From Elusimicrobiota bacterium (GTDB taxonomy: Bacteria > Elusimicrobiota > Elusimicrobia > FEN-1173): 64,000 nt of DNA. The notes beneath the pieces were generated by a model, which ran no database searches, had not been told where the DNA came from, and saw nothing but the letters and a program-made list of their open reading frames with translations. The stretch covers positions 2,611,807 to 2,675,806 of the forward strand of contig JADKHR010000001.1 in the NCBI GenBank assembly GCA_016721625.1, in the 5' to 3' direction. The position numbers and the translations under genes are program-made. Of the stretch, positions 29,034-37,927 are shown in pieces. The first letter of the stretch is position 1, and every line of letters begins with the position of its first letter.

Positions 29034-30263
29034 TCAGGACGGTATGGAAACCGTCTGAGGGCCGGGCGCGGGTGGGGTTTCCACGGGGTTGTCAGCGAAG
29101 CGTTCCATGACTTCGACTATTTTGGGGAAGATGTTTCGGAAGGCCTCAACGAGTTGGGGATCGAAATGCTTTCCGGCCCCTTCGTCGATGATTTTGGTCG
29201 TGTCGTCCAAAGAAAAAGCCGGTTTGTAACAGCGGCGGGACGTGAGGGCGTCAAAGACGTCGGCCAGGGCCACGATGCGCGCCTCCAACGGGATCGCTTC
29301 ACCCGAAATTCCCAAAGGATAGCCGGTTCCGTCCCACTTTTCGTGGTGGCCACGGGCGACGCGTTCCGACATCCGGAGAAGTTCATTTTCGGAGTTGGCC
29401 AGGATATCGCCGCCGAAGAGAGGGTGCCGGCGCATGTCCACCCATTCTTCTTCAGTCAGTCGTCCGGGCTTTTTTAGAATAGCGTCGGGGACCCCCAGCT
29501 TCCCGATGTCGTGCATGGGGCTGGCCAGGGCCAGGCGGGCGCACCAATCTTCCGGCATCCCCCGTTCTTCGGCGATCAGCGCGGCGTAGCGGCTGACACG
29601 TTCCAGGTGATTGCGGGTGTCGTGGTCTTTGAATTCGGCCGCCGCAGCCAAACGAAAAATCGTGTCTTTGTAGGCGGCCTGAAGTTCATCATAAAGCTGG
29701 GCGTTCTCCACGGCCGCGGCCGCTTGTTCGGCGAAGAGGACCAGCATTTTCTCATCGTCCGGGAGAAACGATCCCCCCGTCTTGTTCAACACCTGCAGGG
29801 CGCCCAGGACATCCCCTTGGGTTTTAATAAGGGGGGCGGTCAGCAAGGTTTGGGTGCGAAACCCGGTCGTTCGGTCGACGTCGGGGTTGAATCGGTCATC
29901 GGCGTAGGCGTCGGTGATGTTGATCACCCGGCGATGGGAGATGGTTTCCCCCACGATCCCGCGGTGGGCGGGGACGCGGATCGTCCGTTCTCCGGTGGCG
30001 ACCCTCGACCAAAGCTCGTTATTTTTTTTATCCAATAGGAAAACCGTGCACCGTTCCGCTTGAAGGATTTCCCGCGCGGCCTCCACCACCAAACTCAGGA
30101 GAGATTCCAGGTCTTTCCGGAGCGACATGCGGCGCGTGTAGTCGAGCAGGAGGTTCAGCCGACGGCGCCACTCGCTCAATTCCTCCATTTCCACTTTCGC
30201 GTCGTTCCGCTCCTCCGGCAAGGGGTCCGGCGGGAACGGCCGAGGGGCGGGGGCGGGGTGCAT
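29034..30263 (-). CDS. GAF sensor domain - HD-GYP domain c-di-GMP phosphodiesterase
   Basis: 409-aa ORF with GAF-like N-terminal half and HD-GYP half (…HDIGKLGVPDAILKKPGRLTEEEW…HHEKWDGTGYPLG…). Confidence 0.85.
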   Translation of the reverse strand: MHPAPAPRPFPPDPLPEERNDAKVEMEELSEWRRRLNLLLDYTRRMSLRKDLESLLSLVVEAAREILQAERCTVFLLDKKNNELWSRVATGERTIRVPAHRGIVGETISHRRVINITDAYADDRFNPDVDRTTGFRTQTLLTAPLIKTQGDVLGALQVLNKTGGSFLPDDEKMLVLFAEQAAAAVENAQLYDELQAAYKDTIFRLAAAAEFKDHDTRNHLERVSRYAALIAEERGMPEDWCARLALASPMHDIGKLGVPDAILKKPGRLTEEEWVDMRRHPLFGGDILANSENELLRMSERVARGHHEKWDGTGYPLGISGEAIPLEARIVALADVFDALTSRRCYKPAFSLDDTTKIIDEGAGKHFDPQLVEAFRNIFPKIVEVMERFADNPVETPPAPGPQTVSIPS

Positions 30264-30331
30264 GGCTCTAAGCCTACCAGAGGTTTCTGCAAATTTCCAG
30301 GGGGGGCCTACGACCCCATGGCGCGGGGCCT

Positions 30332-30360
30332 TTGACAGGCTCGGCGTGCAGAGCTAGAAT
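30332..30360 (+). promoter_or_regulatory. sigma70-type promoter TTGACA-17 bp-TAGAAT for nadC-birA
   Basis: ttgaca 30332-30337, 17-nt spacer, tagaat 30355-30360, 7 nt before the nadC ATG region (30367). Confidence 0.5.
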
Positions 30361-30366
30361 GGTCCT

Positions 30367-31251
30367 ATGAATTTCCGACGAGAAGCGCGGCGGGCCCTGG
30401 CCGAAGACCGAGCCCGGCGGGACGTCACCTCAAAAGGGTTCGTTCCCCCCGACGCCCGGGGCCGGGCCCGGGTGGTGGTGAAGGAGGCGGGGGTCCTCGC
30501 GGGGGGGCCCGTGGCCCTCGCTGTTTTTCGTGAGATGCACCCGACCGTTCGCGCCCGGTCCTTGGCGCCGGACGGGAGCGAGGTCTCGGTCGGCCAAGCG
30601 GTGCTGGAGGCTAGCGGCCCGCTCCGCGCGCTTCTCTCGGCGGAACGCTCCGCCCTCAATTTCTTGACGCACCTGTCCGGCGTCGCGACCTTGACCCGTC
30701 GTTTCGTCCAAGCGGCCGGGCCCCAAGGGCCGGCGATTCTCGAAACGCGGAAGACCTTGCCCGGCCTGCGGGATCTGGAAAAATACGCGGTGCGAATGGG
30801 GGGCGGCCAAAACCATCGCCGCGACCTTTCGGACATGGTTCTGATCAAAGAAAACCACCTCGAATTTTTCAAAGGCCCTTCCGGCCGCGCGGACCTCGTT
30901 CGCCGGGTTCGCCGGGCGAGGGGTTCCGGCGGCGCGGGTAAAAATCGGTCCCGTCGTCTGGTGGAAATGGAATGTCGGAACCGGGACGAAGTCCGGTGGG
31001 CTTTAGAGGCGGGCGCCGATCTTTTGCTCCTGGACAACATTCCCCTCCGGGACCTTCCGGCTTTTGTTCGTTGGGTGAGAGCCGAAGCCGCCCGTCATCC
31101 CGGCGCGCCCCCTCTTCTGGAAGTTTCCGGAGGCGTGACGCTGGCGGCCATTCCACGTTTGGCCCGGACGGGGGTGGACCGTGTTTCCGTGGGTCGGCTC
31201 ACCCATTCCGCTCCCGCCCTGGACATGAGCTTGGACGTGGAGGTTCAATGA
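30367..31251 (+). CDS. nadC: nicotinate-nucleotide diphosphorylase (carboxylating), quinolinate phosphoribosyltransferase
   Basis: 294-aa ORF with QPRTase C-terminal TIM-barrel motifs (…VLIKENH…, …LLLDNIP…, VSVGRLTHSAPALDMSLDV). Confidence 0.9.
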   Translation: MNFRREARRALAEDRARRDVTSKGFVPPDARGRARVVVKEAGVLAGGPVALAVFREMHPTVRARSLAPDGSEVSVGQAVLEASGPLRALLSAERSALNFLTHLSGVATLTRRFVQAAGPQGPAILETRKTLPGLRDLEKYAVRMGGGQNHRRDLSDMVLIKENHLEFFKGPSGRADLVRRVRRARGSGGAGKNRSRRLVEMECRNRDEVRWALEAGADLLLLDNIPLRDLPAFVRWVRAEAARHPGAPPLLEVSGGVTLAAIPRLARTGVDRVSVGRLTHSAPALDMSLDVEVQ

Positions 31252-32231
31252 GAACCGATTCCCTTCTTGCGCGCCTGCGGGCGGCCGACGGACCGCTTTC
31301 CGGGAGCGCCCTGGCCGACTCGCTCGGAGTGACGCGGGCCGCCGTCCATAAACGGATCGAAAAGCTTCGGGTTTCGGGACACCGTATTTCGGGGACCCAC
31401 CGGGTGGGCTACCGGTGGTCCGGGTCCACGGGTCGCCTGGACGCCTCCGTGTTGCAGGGGCCCCTGGCGCGAGACGTGATTCATCGCCGAGTCCTCGCTT
31501 CCACTCAGGACACGGCCAAGGCCGGCGCCGTCCGCGGCGCGGCCGAAGGGACCCTCGTCATCGCCGACCGGCAAACCGCCGGTCGGGGCCGGATGGGGCG
31601 CCGCTGGTCTTCACCGGCGGGGGGTCTCTGGTTTTCGCTCGTTCTTCGCCCTGCGGTTCGCCCGGACCGCGTTCCGCCTCTCCCTTTGGTGGCCGCCTTG
31701 TCGTGGGTGGAGGTCTTGCGGGCGCGGGGCGTACCCGCTGGCGTCAAGTGGCCCAACGACGTTTGGGCCGACGGAAAAAAAATAGCCGGATTCTTGACCG
31801 AAATGTCCGCCGAGACCGACCGCGTGCAGTGGGTGGTCCTCGGCGCGGGGGTGAATGTCAACAACCGGCCTCCCTCTTCTCTTCCCGGAGGCCTGCCGGT
31901 TCCCGCGGGGGCGGTCGCCCAGTGGACGGGGCCGGTGGTCCTTGAAGAACTGTTGGGAGATTGGTTGTCCCGCTTTTCCCGGTCCTACTCCCGGTTCGTC
32001 CGTGCGGGATTCTCTCCATTTCGGCCGGCGTTCGAACGATGGTCGGTGCTCCAGGGCGAGCGGGTGTTCTTTGAGGGGCCTTCGGGCCGGTGCGAGGGCC
32101 GCGTGATTGGGATCGACCGGGAAGGCCGGTTGCGACTGACCTCGGCGCGGGGGGAAACGACCTGTGGGGCGGGCGAGGTTTCCTTGATTCGCCCCGAACA
32201 GAGGCATGGCCGACCGAGGTCTTTCCCATGA
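31248..32231 (+). CDS. birA: biotin--[acetyl-CoA-carboxylase] ligase / BirA-type bifunctional repressor (N-terminal HTH present)
   Basis: ATG 31248 overlapping nadC stop; HTH (LSGSALADSLGVTRAAVHKRIEKLR), ligase motif GRGRMGRRWSSPAGGLWFS, C-terminal SH3-like domain. Confidence 0.85.
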   Translation: MRTDSLLARLRAADGPLSGSALADSLGVTRAAVHKRIEKLRVSGHRISGTHRVGYRWSGSTGRLDASVLQGPLARDVIHRRVLASTQDTAKAGAVRGAAEGTLVIADRQTAGRGRMGRRWSSPAGGLWFSLVLRPAVRPDRVPPLPLVAALSWVEVLRARGVPAGVKWPNDVWADGKKIAGFLTEMSAETDRVQWVVLGAGVNVNNRPPSSLPGGLPVPAGAVAQWTGPVVLEELLGDWLSRFSRSYSRFVRAGFSPFRPAFERWSVLQGERVFFEGPSGRCEGRVIGIDREGRLRLTSARGETTCGAGEVSLIRPEQRHGRPRSFP

Positions 32232-33766
32232 GTTCTTCCGTTCCGCTCCGCCTTCTGATCGCCGACCAAGATCCGGCTTTTGTGAAACTCTTCGCCCGGC
32301 GCATGGCGGAACTGACGGCCTGGACGGTCACCGTTGAATCCTGTGGGGCTGGAGCCGAACTTTTGCAACGCATTTACGCCGAACCCTTCGATCTGGTGTT
32401 TATGGACCTGGGGCTGACCGACATCGGCGGTTTGGATTTGTTGGCCCGGCTCGCTCGGACCTCCTTGCCCCTGCCGGTGGTGGCCCTGTCCTCGGAAAAC
32501 GAGGCCCGTCCTGCGGTGGAGGCGATGAAGCGGGGCGTTTTGGACCATGTGATGAAGGAGGACTTCGCCACCATGGACCTCGGGGGTTTTCTGGGGCGGC
32601 TCACCGAGACGTTTCGACTGAAACGGGAGAACGCCGAACTCCATCAAATCGGCCAGATGAAAAACGATTTCCTCGCCACCATCTCCCATGAGCTTCGCAC
32701 GCCGCTCACTTCCATCCTGGGACTGAGCGAATTGCTTATGGCCGGACGGATGGGGCCGGTGGCGGACAAACAGGCTGATGGCCTGCGGAAAGTGATCGAA
32801 CAATCTCAGAACCTTGCGCGCCTGATCAATCAACTCTTGGACGTGCAAGACACGATGTTGGAGCGGGCGCAGGGGGATTTCCGGCCTGTGTCTCTCACGG
32901 AAATCGTTGATCGCCACGTCACCTCTCTCCGTCCGTTGTTCGAGAAAAAGGGGATCCAGCTGGCGCTCTTCCTTCCCGGCGAACCGTTTTTTGTCCATGG
33001 GCACGGGGAATCTCTGGGGAAAGTCATGGAGCAACTTCTCTTGAACGCCCTGAAATTCACGCCGTCCGGAGGAGGTGTGACGGTTTCCCTTCAGGGCATG
33101 CCTCCCCAAGGGGCGCTCCTCTCCGTCCAGGACACCGGCCAAGGAATTCCGAAAGAGGCCTTGGGGTTCGTGTTCCAAAAATTTTTTCATGCCGACCCCA
33201 GCCTCACCCGGACCACCGGGGGTTTGGGTCTCGGGTTGGCCTATTGCCAGCATGTCGTGGAAAGCCACGGCGGTCGGATCTGGGTGGAATCGGCGGGTTC
33301 CGGGCAGGGGACGTGCGTTCATATCTCGTTGGCGTGTCTGGCCAGGAAAGGTTTTCCCCCTCCGGTGCCCGCGCGGGATCATCAATTGGTTCTGTGGGTC
33401 GACGACAACCCCAACATGCTCGAATTGATGGAGGTGGGGTTCGCTTCCCTGCCGGAAACGGTCCACCTGGTGACGCGTCAAAGCGGCCAGGCGGCCCTTG
33501 AAGAAGCCCGCGCCCGGCCCCCGGACCTGATCGTCCTGGACCTCATGATGCCGGACATGAACGGCTTGGAAGTGTTGAGCCACCTCAAGGCCGACCCCGC
33601 GACCGCCCGGATTCCCGTTTTCGTCGTCACGGGTTACCGCGAGGCGGCTCAGGAGGCCGTGGCCCAGGGCGCGGTCGACTCTTTCCTGAAACCCTTCCGC
33701 ATCCCGGAAATATTGGAAAAAATCCGAGAAATCCTTCGCCTCCCGTCGTCCGCCCAGAAGTTGTAG
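32228..33766 (+). CDS. hybrid sensor histidine kinase with N- and C-terminal receiver domains (REC-HisKA-HATPase-REC)
   Basis: ATG 32228; REC (LLIADQDPAFV…DLVFMDLGLTDIGG), H-box SHELRTPLTSI, G-boxes (GGLGLGLAY), second REC (…LIVLDLMMPDMNGLE…). Confidence 0.8.
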   Translation: MSSSVPLRLLIADQDPAFVKLFARRMAELTAWTVTVESCGAGAELLQRIYAEPFDLVFMDLGLTDIGGLDLLARLARTSLPLPVVALSSENEARPAVEAMKRGVLDHVMKEDFATMDLGGFLGRLTETFRLKRENAELHQIGQMKNDFLATISHELRTPLTSILGLSELLMAGRMGPVADKQADGLRKVIEQSQNLARLINQLLDVQDTMLERAQGDFRPVSLTEIVDRHVTSLRPLFEKKGIQLALFLPGEPFFVHGHGESLGKVMEQLLLNALKFTPSGGGVTVSLQGMPPQGALLSVQDTGQGIPKEALGFVFQKFFHADPSLTRTTGGLGLGLAYCQHVVESHGGRIWVESAGSGQGTCVHISLACLARKGFPPPVPARDHQLVLWVDDNPNMLELMEVGFASLPETVHLVTRQSGQAALEEARARPPDLIVLDLMMPDMNGLEVLSHLKADPATARIPVFVVTGYREAAQEAVAQGAVDSFLKPFRIPEILEKIREILRLPSSAQKL

Positions 33767-33805
33767 AATCGCTCTCATTCGATTCTCCTGCGAGAGGGGT
33801 GCCCT

Positions 33806-34696
33806 TTGCCGAAACGCCAGCGTTCCACCGAACCCGTCCGCCTCGCCGTCATCGGCGGGAGCGGGCTTTACGATGTCCCCGGAATTGAAGACGTCCAAGA
33901 AATCCGGGTCAAAACGCCCTTTGGGGACCCCTCCGACGTTTTCGTGGTGGGCCGGCTGGCCGGGGTTCGTTGCGCCTTCCTTCCCCGCCACGGCCGCGGC
34001 CACCGGCACCTCCCGACCGAGGTCCCCTCGCGCGCCAATATTTACGCTTTGAAATCCCTAGGCGTCGAACGCGTCATCGGCGTCGGCGCCGTGGGGAGCC
34101 TGAAGGAGGAACTGGCGCCGCGGCATTTCGTCGTTCCCGATCAGGTGTTTGACCGCACCAAGCTTCGGTCGACGACGTTTTTCGGCGACGGGATCGTGGC
34201 TCACATCGGAGTGGACCAGCCCTTCTGTTCGTCTCTCAGCGGGGTCCTGGCTCAGGTGGCCGGGGAACTCGGGGTCACCGTTCATGGGGGCGGCCAGGAC
34301 GTCTGCATCGAAGGCCCCAGTTTTTCGACCAAAGCGGAATCCCAGGTGAACCGCGCCCACGGTTTTTCGGTGGTCGGCATGACGCTGGTCCCGGAATACA
34401 AACTGGCTCGGGAAGCCGAGATGTGTTACGCCACCGTTTCTCTCGTGACCGATTACGACGTCTGGAAAGAGGGGGAGGAAGTGTCCGTCGAAAAGGTCGT
34501 GGCGACCATGCAGGCCAACGTGGCCCACGTGAAGGACCTCCTCCGGGTTCTCTTGCCGCGATTGACGGGCCCCCGGACGTGCGCCTGCGGCACGGCTCTC
34601 CGGAACGCCGTCTTCACCGACCTGAAGGCGATGAAGCCTTCCACGCGGCGAAAACTCGATCTTCTTTTGCGCGGGCGCGTTCCACCGATCCCCTAG
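33806..34696 (+). CDS. mtnP: S-methyl-5'-thioadenosine phosphorylase (PNP/MTAP family)
   Basis: VIGGSGLYDV…, …LPRHGRGH…, MTLVPE motif typical of MTAP. Confidence 0.85.
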   Translation: MPKRQRSTEPVRLAVIGGSGLYDVPGIEDVQEIRVKTPFGDPSDVFVVGRLAGVRCAFLPRHGRGHRHLPTEVPSRANIYALKSLGVERVIGVGAVGSLKEELAPRHFVVPDQVFDRTKLRSTTFFGDGIVAHIGVDQPFCSSLSGVLAQVAGELGVTVHGGGQDVCIEGPSFSTKAESQVNRAHGFSVVGMTLVPEYKLAREAEMCYATVSLVTDYDVWKEGEEVSVEKVVATMQANVAHVKDLLRVLLPRLTGPRTCACGTALRNAVFTDLKAMKPSTRRKLDLLLRGRVPPIP

Positions 34697-34705
34697 TCCC
34701 CGGCC

Positions 34706-35527
34706 ATGCTGAAGGATTTCCACCAATTCTTTCCGCTGTTTTCCAACGTCGTCATGCCGGTCATCGCCGGGCTGATCTTTTTCGCCATGGCGAAATACGT
34801 CAAACGGATCGGTCCCCTGCGGACCTTGATCGCGGGCGAGCTGACGTACAAAGGGGCCTACCTGGGGTTCTTTTTCCTCGGCCTTTACCTGGCCACGCGC
34901 CCTGTCCAGATTCTTTTTCCTCATCCTTGGCCGCTTATCGTTAACAATCTCCGGGAATTCTGCATGATCGGGGTTTTTGGCCCGGCAGTGTTCCTCGCGA
35001 TCCTGAGCCTGGTTTTCGGCCACGACAATATCCCCAGCCGACTGGTGTGGGGCATGGGAATTTTCGGCTTCGTCCTGGCGCTGGTGTTCGTGATCGCGAA
35101 CACCTTCGCCATTGGGGGATCGGAACCGATTTTCCATGTGGGCCGGCTGACGGCCTATGACGGCCTGTGGTTCAAGAACCCCGACCTGGGACGGCGGGCG
35201 CTCATGCCCATCCTTTTCGTGGTGCGCGTTTTAGATCCGATTCTTTTGGTGTTGGCGGCCGGCACGATCGTTTTTTGGCACGCCGCCACTTACCCGGTGG
35301 AAAAAAAGATGTTGTACGACAACATGCCGGTGAAACTCTATTTCCTGGGGTTTGCCTGCTTCGCCTTCGCGCTTTCCATGCTGTCGGTGGGCCTTTTGTT
35401 CGTCTTCGCCCGGATCCCGAATCAGTGGTGGATCTATTATCTGGGCGCCCTGGCCTCCGGATTTTTGGAAACCCTCTCTTTGGCTCTCCCCATGAAAAAA
35501 CACGTGCAGGTGAGCGAGCACCAATGA
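34706..35527 (+). CDS. polytopic membrane protein (hypothetical)
   Basis: 273-aa ORF of ~7 hydrophobic segments, stop overlapping the NUDIX start (ATGA); no recognisable motif. Confidence 0.5.
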   Translation: MLKDFHQFFPLFSNVVMPVIAGLIFFAMAKYVKRIGPLRTLIAGELTYKGAYLGFFFLGLYLATRPVQILFPHPWPLIVNNLREFCMIGVFGPAVFLAILSLVFGHDNIPSRLVWGMGIFGFVLALVFVIANTFAIGGSEPIFHVGRLTAYDGLWFKNPDLGRRALMPILFVVRVLDPILLVLAAGTIVFWHAATYPVEKKMLYDNMPVKLYFLGFACFAFALSMLSVGLLFVFARIPNQWWIYYLGALASGFLETLSLALPMKKHVQVSEHQ

Positions 35528-36081
35528 CCTCCCGCTGGGTGGAGCGGCCGGTTCGCCGGCGGCGGGTGTACCGCGGCCGGGCGGTGGACTTTTGGGCAGA
35601 CACGGTTCGTTTGCCCTCCGGCGGCACCTCCGTGCGGGAATATCTGGGCCATCCGGGAGCCGTGGCCGTGGTGGCCATCGCGGGGGGAACCGCCAGGGAC
35701 CCCGACATCCTGTTCGTTCGTCAGTACCGCTACCCGGTCAAAGAGGTCACCTTGGAACTCCCCGCCGGGAAACTGGACCCCGGGGAATCCCCGAGGGTTT
35801 GCGTTCGACGGGAGTTGGAGGAGGAAACCGGTTTTCGGGCCCGATCGGTGAGTCGAATGCTGTCCTACTGGCCCACGCCCGCCTTCGCCGATGAGGTGAT
35901 CCATTTGTTTCTGGCTAGGGGCCTCTCCCCGGGCCGTTTTTCCCCGGACGAGGACGAATTCATTGAACCGGTCCGACTGCCATTGAGCCGCGCCCTGGAG
36001 CTGGCCCGCCGGGGCCGCCTCAAAGATTCGAAAACGCTTATCGGCCTCCTGGCTTTCGACCGGGTTCTCCGAAAGCGGTGA
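35524..36081 (+). CDS. NUDIX hydrolase, ADP-ribose pyrophosphatase-like
   Basis: Nudix box GKLDPGESPRVCVRRELEEETG from ATG 35524; listed ORF 35167..36081 is an upstream extension. Confidence 0.8.
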   Translation: MTSRWVERPVRRRRVYRGRAVDFWADTVRLPSGGTSVREYLGHPGAVAVVAIAGGTARDPDILFVRQYRYPVKEVTLELPAGKLDPGESPRVCVRRELEEETGFRARSVSRMLSYWPTPAFADEVIHLFLARGLSPGRFSPDEDEFIEPVRLPLSRALELARRGRLKDSKTLIGLLAFDRVLRKR

Positions 36082-36088
36082 TTTCGGG

Positions 36089-37069
36089 ATGGGACGCCGC
36101 ACCGTGGTCCTGGTGTTCGTCCTTCTCCCCGCCCTCCTCCGCGCTACGATCCTCATCAACGAAATCGCTTTCGACGAACCGTCGGGGTCTCCCGATTGGG
36201 TGGAACTTTTCAACGCGGGACCCGGGGCCCAGTCCGTGGACCGCTGGACCTTGACGGACTTGGACACCGCGGCGGGAAAAGAAATATACCTCGCGTTCCC
36301 AACGCCGATTCCCGAGGGCTCGTTTTTGGTGGTCTTCGTGGACGCCGTGGGGCCCGCCGATTCGGATTTCTCGGATGGGACCGGTTCGGTTTACAGCGGG
36401 ACGGCGACGACGGTGGATTTGAACGCGACGGAAGACGAACTCGCGCTGTTCAACGGCCCGACGGTGTCCACCGGAACCCTGGCTGATTTTATGGCTTGGG
36501 TGACGGTGCTCCCCTACGATGGGGAGACCAACGGGGATCAAACCTTCGCCGTGGCCGCCGGGGTTTGGACCCTGGGCGACGTCTTTTCCCTTTCCGATTC
36601 CGGCGGTGGTTACAGCATCGGTCGAGGGCGGGATGGGGTCGACGCCGACCGTTCCTCCGATTTCCGGTTTTTTCAGCGGCCCACCCGAGGCCTCTCGAAC
36701 ACCCCTCCCCCCTCGCCGTATCCGTCCGCGTTGACCGTCGATCCCGCCCGCCGCGCGTTTTCACCCTTCGATCCCGACCCTTGGTTCCAAACGACGCGTT
36801 TTTATTTTAACTCGAACGCCGAGGCGATGAAAACGATTCGCGTCTTGGATGTTCGAGGCCGCGCGGTGAGGACCCTCGTGGAAGGCGACCGGGAGGTTGG
36901 GGGGGCGGATTTTTCGGGGACGGCGAGCGGAAGCGTTCCCTGGGATGGGCGGGATGACGCCGGAACCGTCGTCCCTCTCGGCCTCTACCTGGCCACCCTG
37001 GAGGCGGCCGATCCTGGGTCGGGGGAAACCCAGCGGGCCCGGGCTTCGGTGGCGGTGGGGAGACCCTGA
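36089..37069 (+). CDS. secreted lamin-tail-domain (LTD) protein with C-terminal Ig-like/FlgD-like sorting-type domain
   Basis: Signal peptide MGRRTVVLVFVLLPALLRA; LTD signature ILINEIAFDEPSGSPDWVELFNAG…SVDRWTLTD; C-terminal …IRVLDVRGRAVRTLVEG… beta-sandwich-like tail. Confidence 0.65.
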   Translation: MGRRTVVLVFVLLPALLRATILINEIAFDEPSGSPDWVELFNAGPGAQSVDRWTLTDLDTAAGKEIYLAFPTPIPEGSFLVVFVDAVGPADSDFSDGTGSVYSGTATTVDLNATEDELALFNGPTVSTGTLADFMAWVTVLPYDGETNGDQTFAVAAGVWTLGDVFSLSDSGGGYSIGRGRDGVDADRSSDFRFFQRPTRGLSNTPPPSPYPSALTVDPARRAFSPFDPDPWFQTTRFYFNSNAEAMKTIRVLDVRGRAVRTLVEGDREVGGADFSGTASGSVPWDGRDDAGTVVPLGLYLATLEAADPGSGETQRARASVAVGRP

Positions 37070-37927
37070 GTGCGCCGGAACCGGGCGGCGGGAAGCCGGT
37101 TCCGTTCCCTCTGGGCGGGGAGCGTCCTCTTCCATGTTTGCGTGGGCCTCCGTCTCTTTGCCGCTTTCGAAGGAAAACCCTTTTCGGCCCGTTCGGCCGC
37201 GCTGGGGGAATCCCTCGTGGGCGCCACCGTCGGTTTGGACGCGGCCCACGAGAACCCGGCCTCGCTCGCTTTCTCCGAGCGCTCCGGCGTCTCGTTCGCG
37301 CACGCGCGCTTGTTTGGCGAAAACGATCTGCCGATGAATTCCATCGGCGGGGTTTTTAGGACCGAACATCGGGGAGGCTTTGGGGGGTTCCTGACGGACT
37401 TCGGGTCGTCCCTTTATCGGGAAAGAGAAATGGGGCTCTCTTGGGGGGGACGGCTGGCGGACCGGGCGGGCCTGGGCGTGACGTTGAAACGGCAAGATCT
37501 CACGATGGACCGTTACGGAGGCTTTGGGGCTTATCAGGTGGACGTGGGGGTCTTCGGCCGTCTCCTTCCCGTTTTGTCCGCAGGAATAACCGTCAAAAAT
37601 CTGACGCAGTCCCCTTTAGGAGGCACACCCGAGGCGCCTCCGGCTATTTTTTCCGCGGGGGCCTCGCTGGATCTGTTGGCCCGGGGATCCACCTCCCTGG
37701 CCGTCGTTCAGGAGTCGAGCGGGCGAGTTTCCTGGCGGGCGGGGCAAGAGGCCTGGCTCCACCCGGCTTTCGCGCTTCGGGCCGGTTTTGAAACCGGGCC
37801 CAATCGATTCGCCTTGGGGATGGGTTTTCTCCGTCCGCTCTTCGCCCTCGACTACGCTTTCCTCACCCATTCCACCCTGCCGGACCAACATCAGTTTACG
37901 TTTTCTTTTTTCTTTCGAGGTTCGTGA
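37070..37927 (+). CDS. putative outer-membrane beta-barrel-like protein (hypothetical), translationally coupled to the LTD gene
   Basis: 285-aa ORF starting at the TGA/ATG junction 37069/37070; alternating Gly/aromatic-rich pattern (…GFGGFLTDFGSSLY…GVFGRLLPVLSAGITVKNL…FALDYAFL…FTFSFFF) suggestive of a beta-barrel. Confidence 0.45.
   Translation: MRRNRAAGSRFRSLWAGSVLFHVCVGLRLFAAFEGKPFSARSAALGESLVGATVGLDAAHENPASLAFSERSGVSFAHARLFGENDLPMNSIGGVFRTEHRGGFGGFLTDFGSSLYREREMGLSWGGRLADRAGLGVTLKRQDLTMDRYGGFGAYQVDVGVFGRLLPVLSAGITVKNLTQSPLGGTPEAPPAIFSAGASLDLLARGSTSLAVVQESSGRVSWRAGQEAWLHPAFALRAGFETGPNRFALGMGFLRPLFALDYAFLTHSTLPDQHQFTFSFFFRGS

Noticed and set aside
31985-34009. 674-aa - strand ORF
   Set aside because: Antisense to the hybrid histidine kinase and mtnP, both of which carry clear catalytic motifs; shadow ORF.
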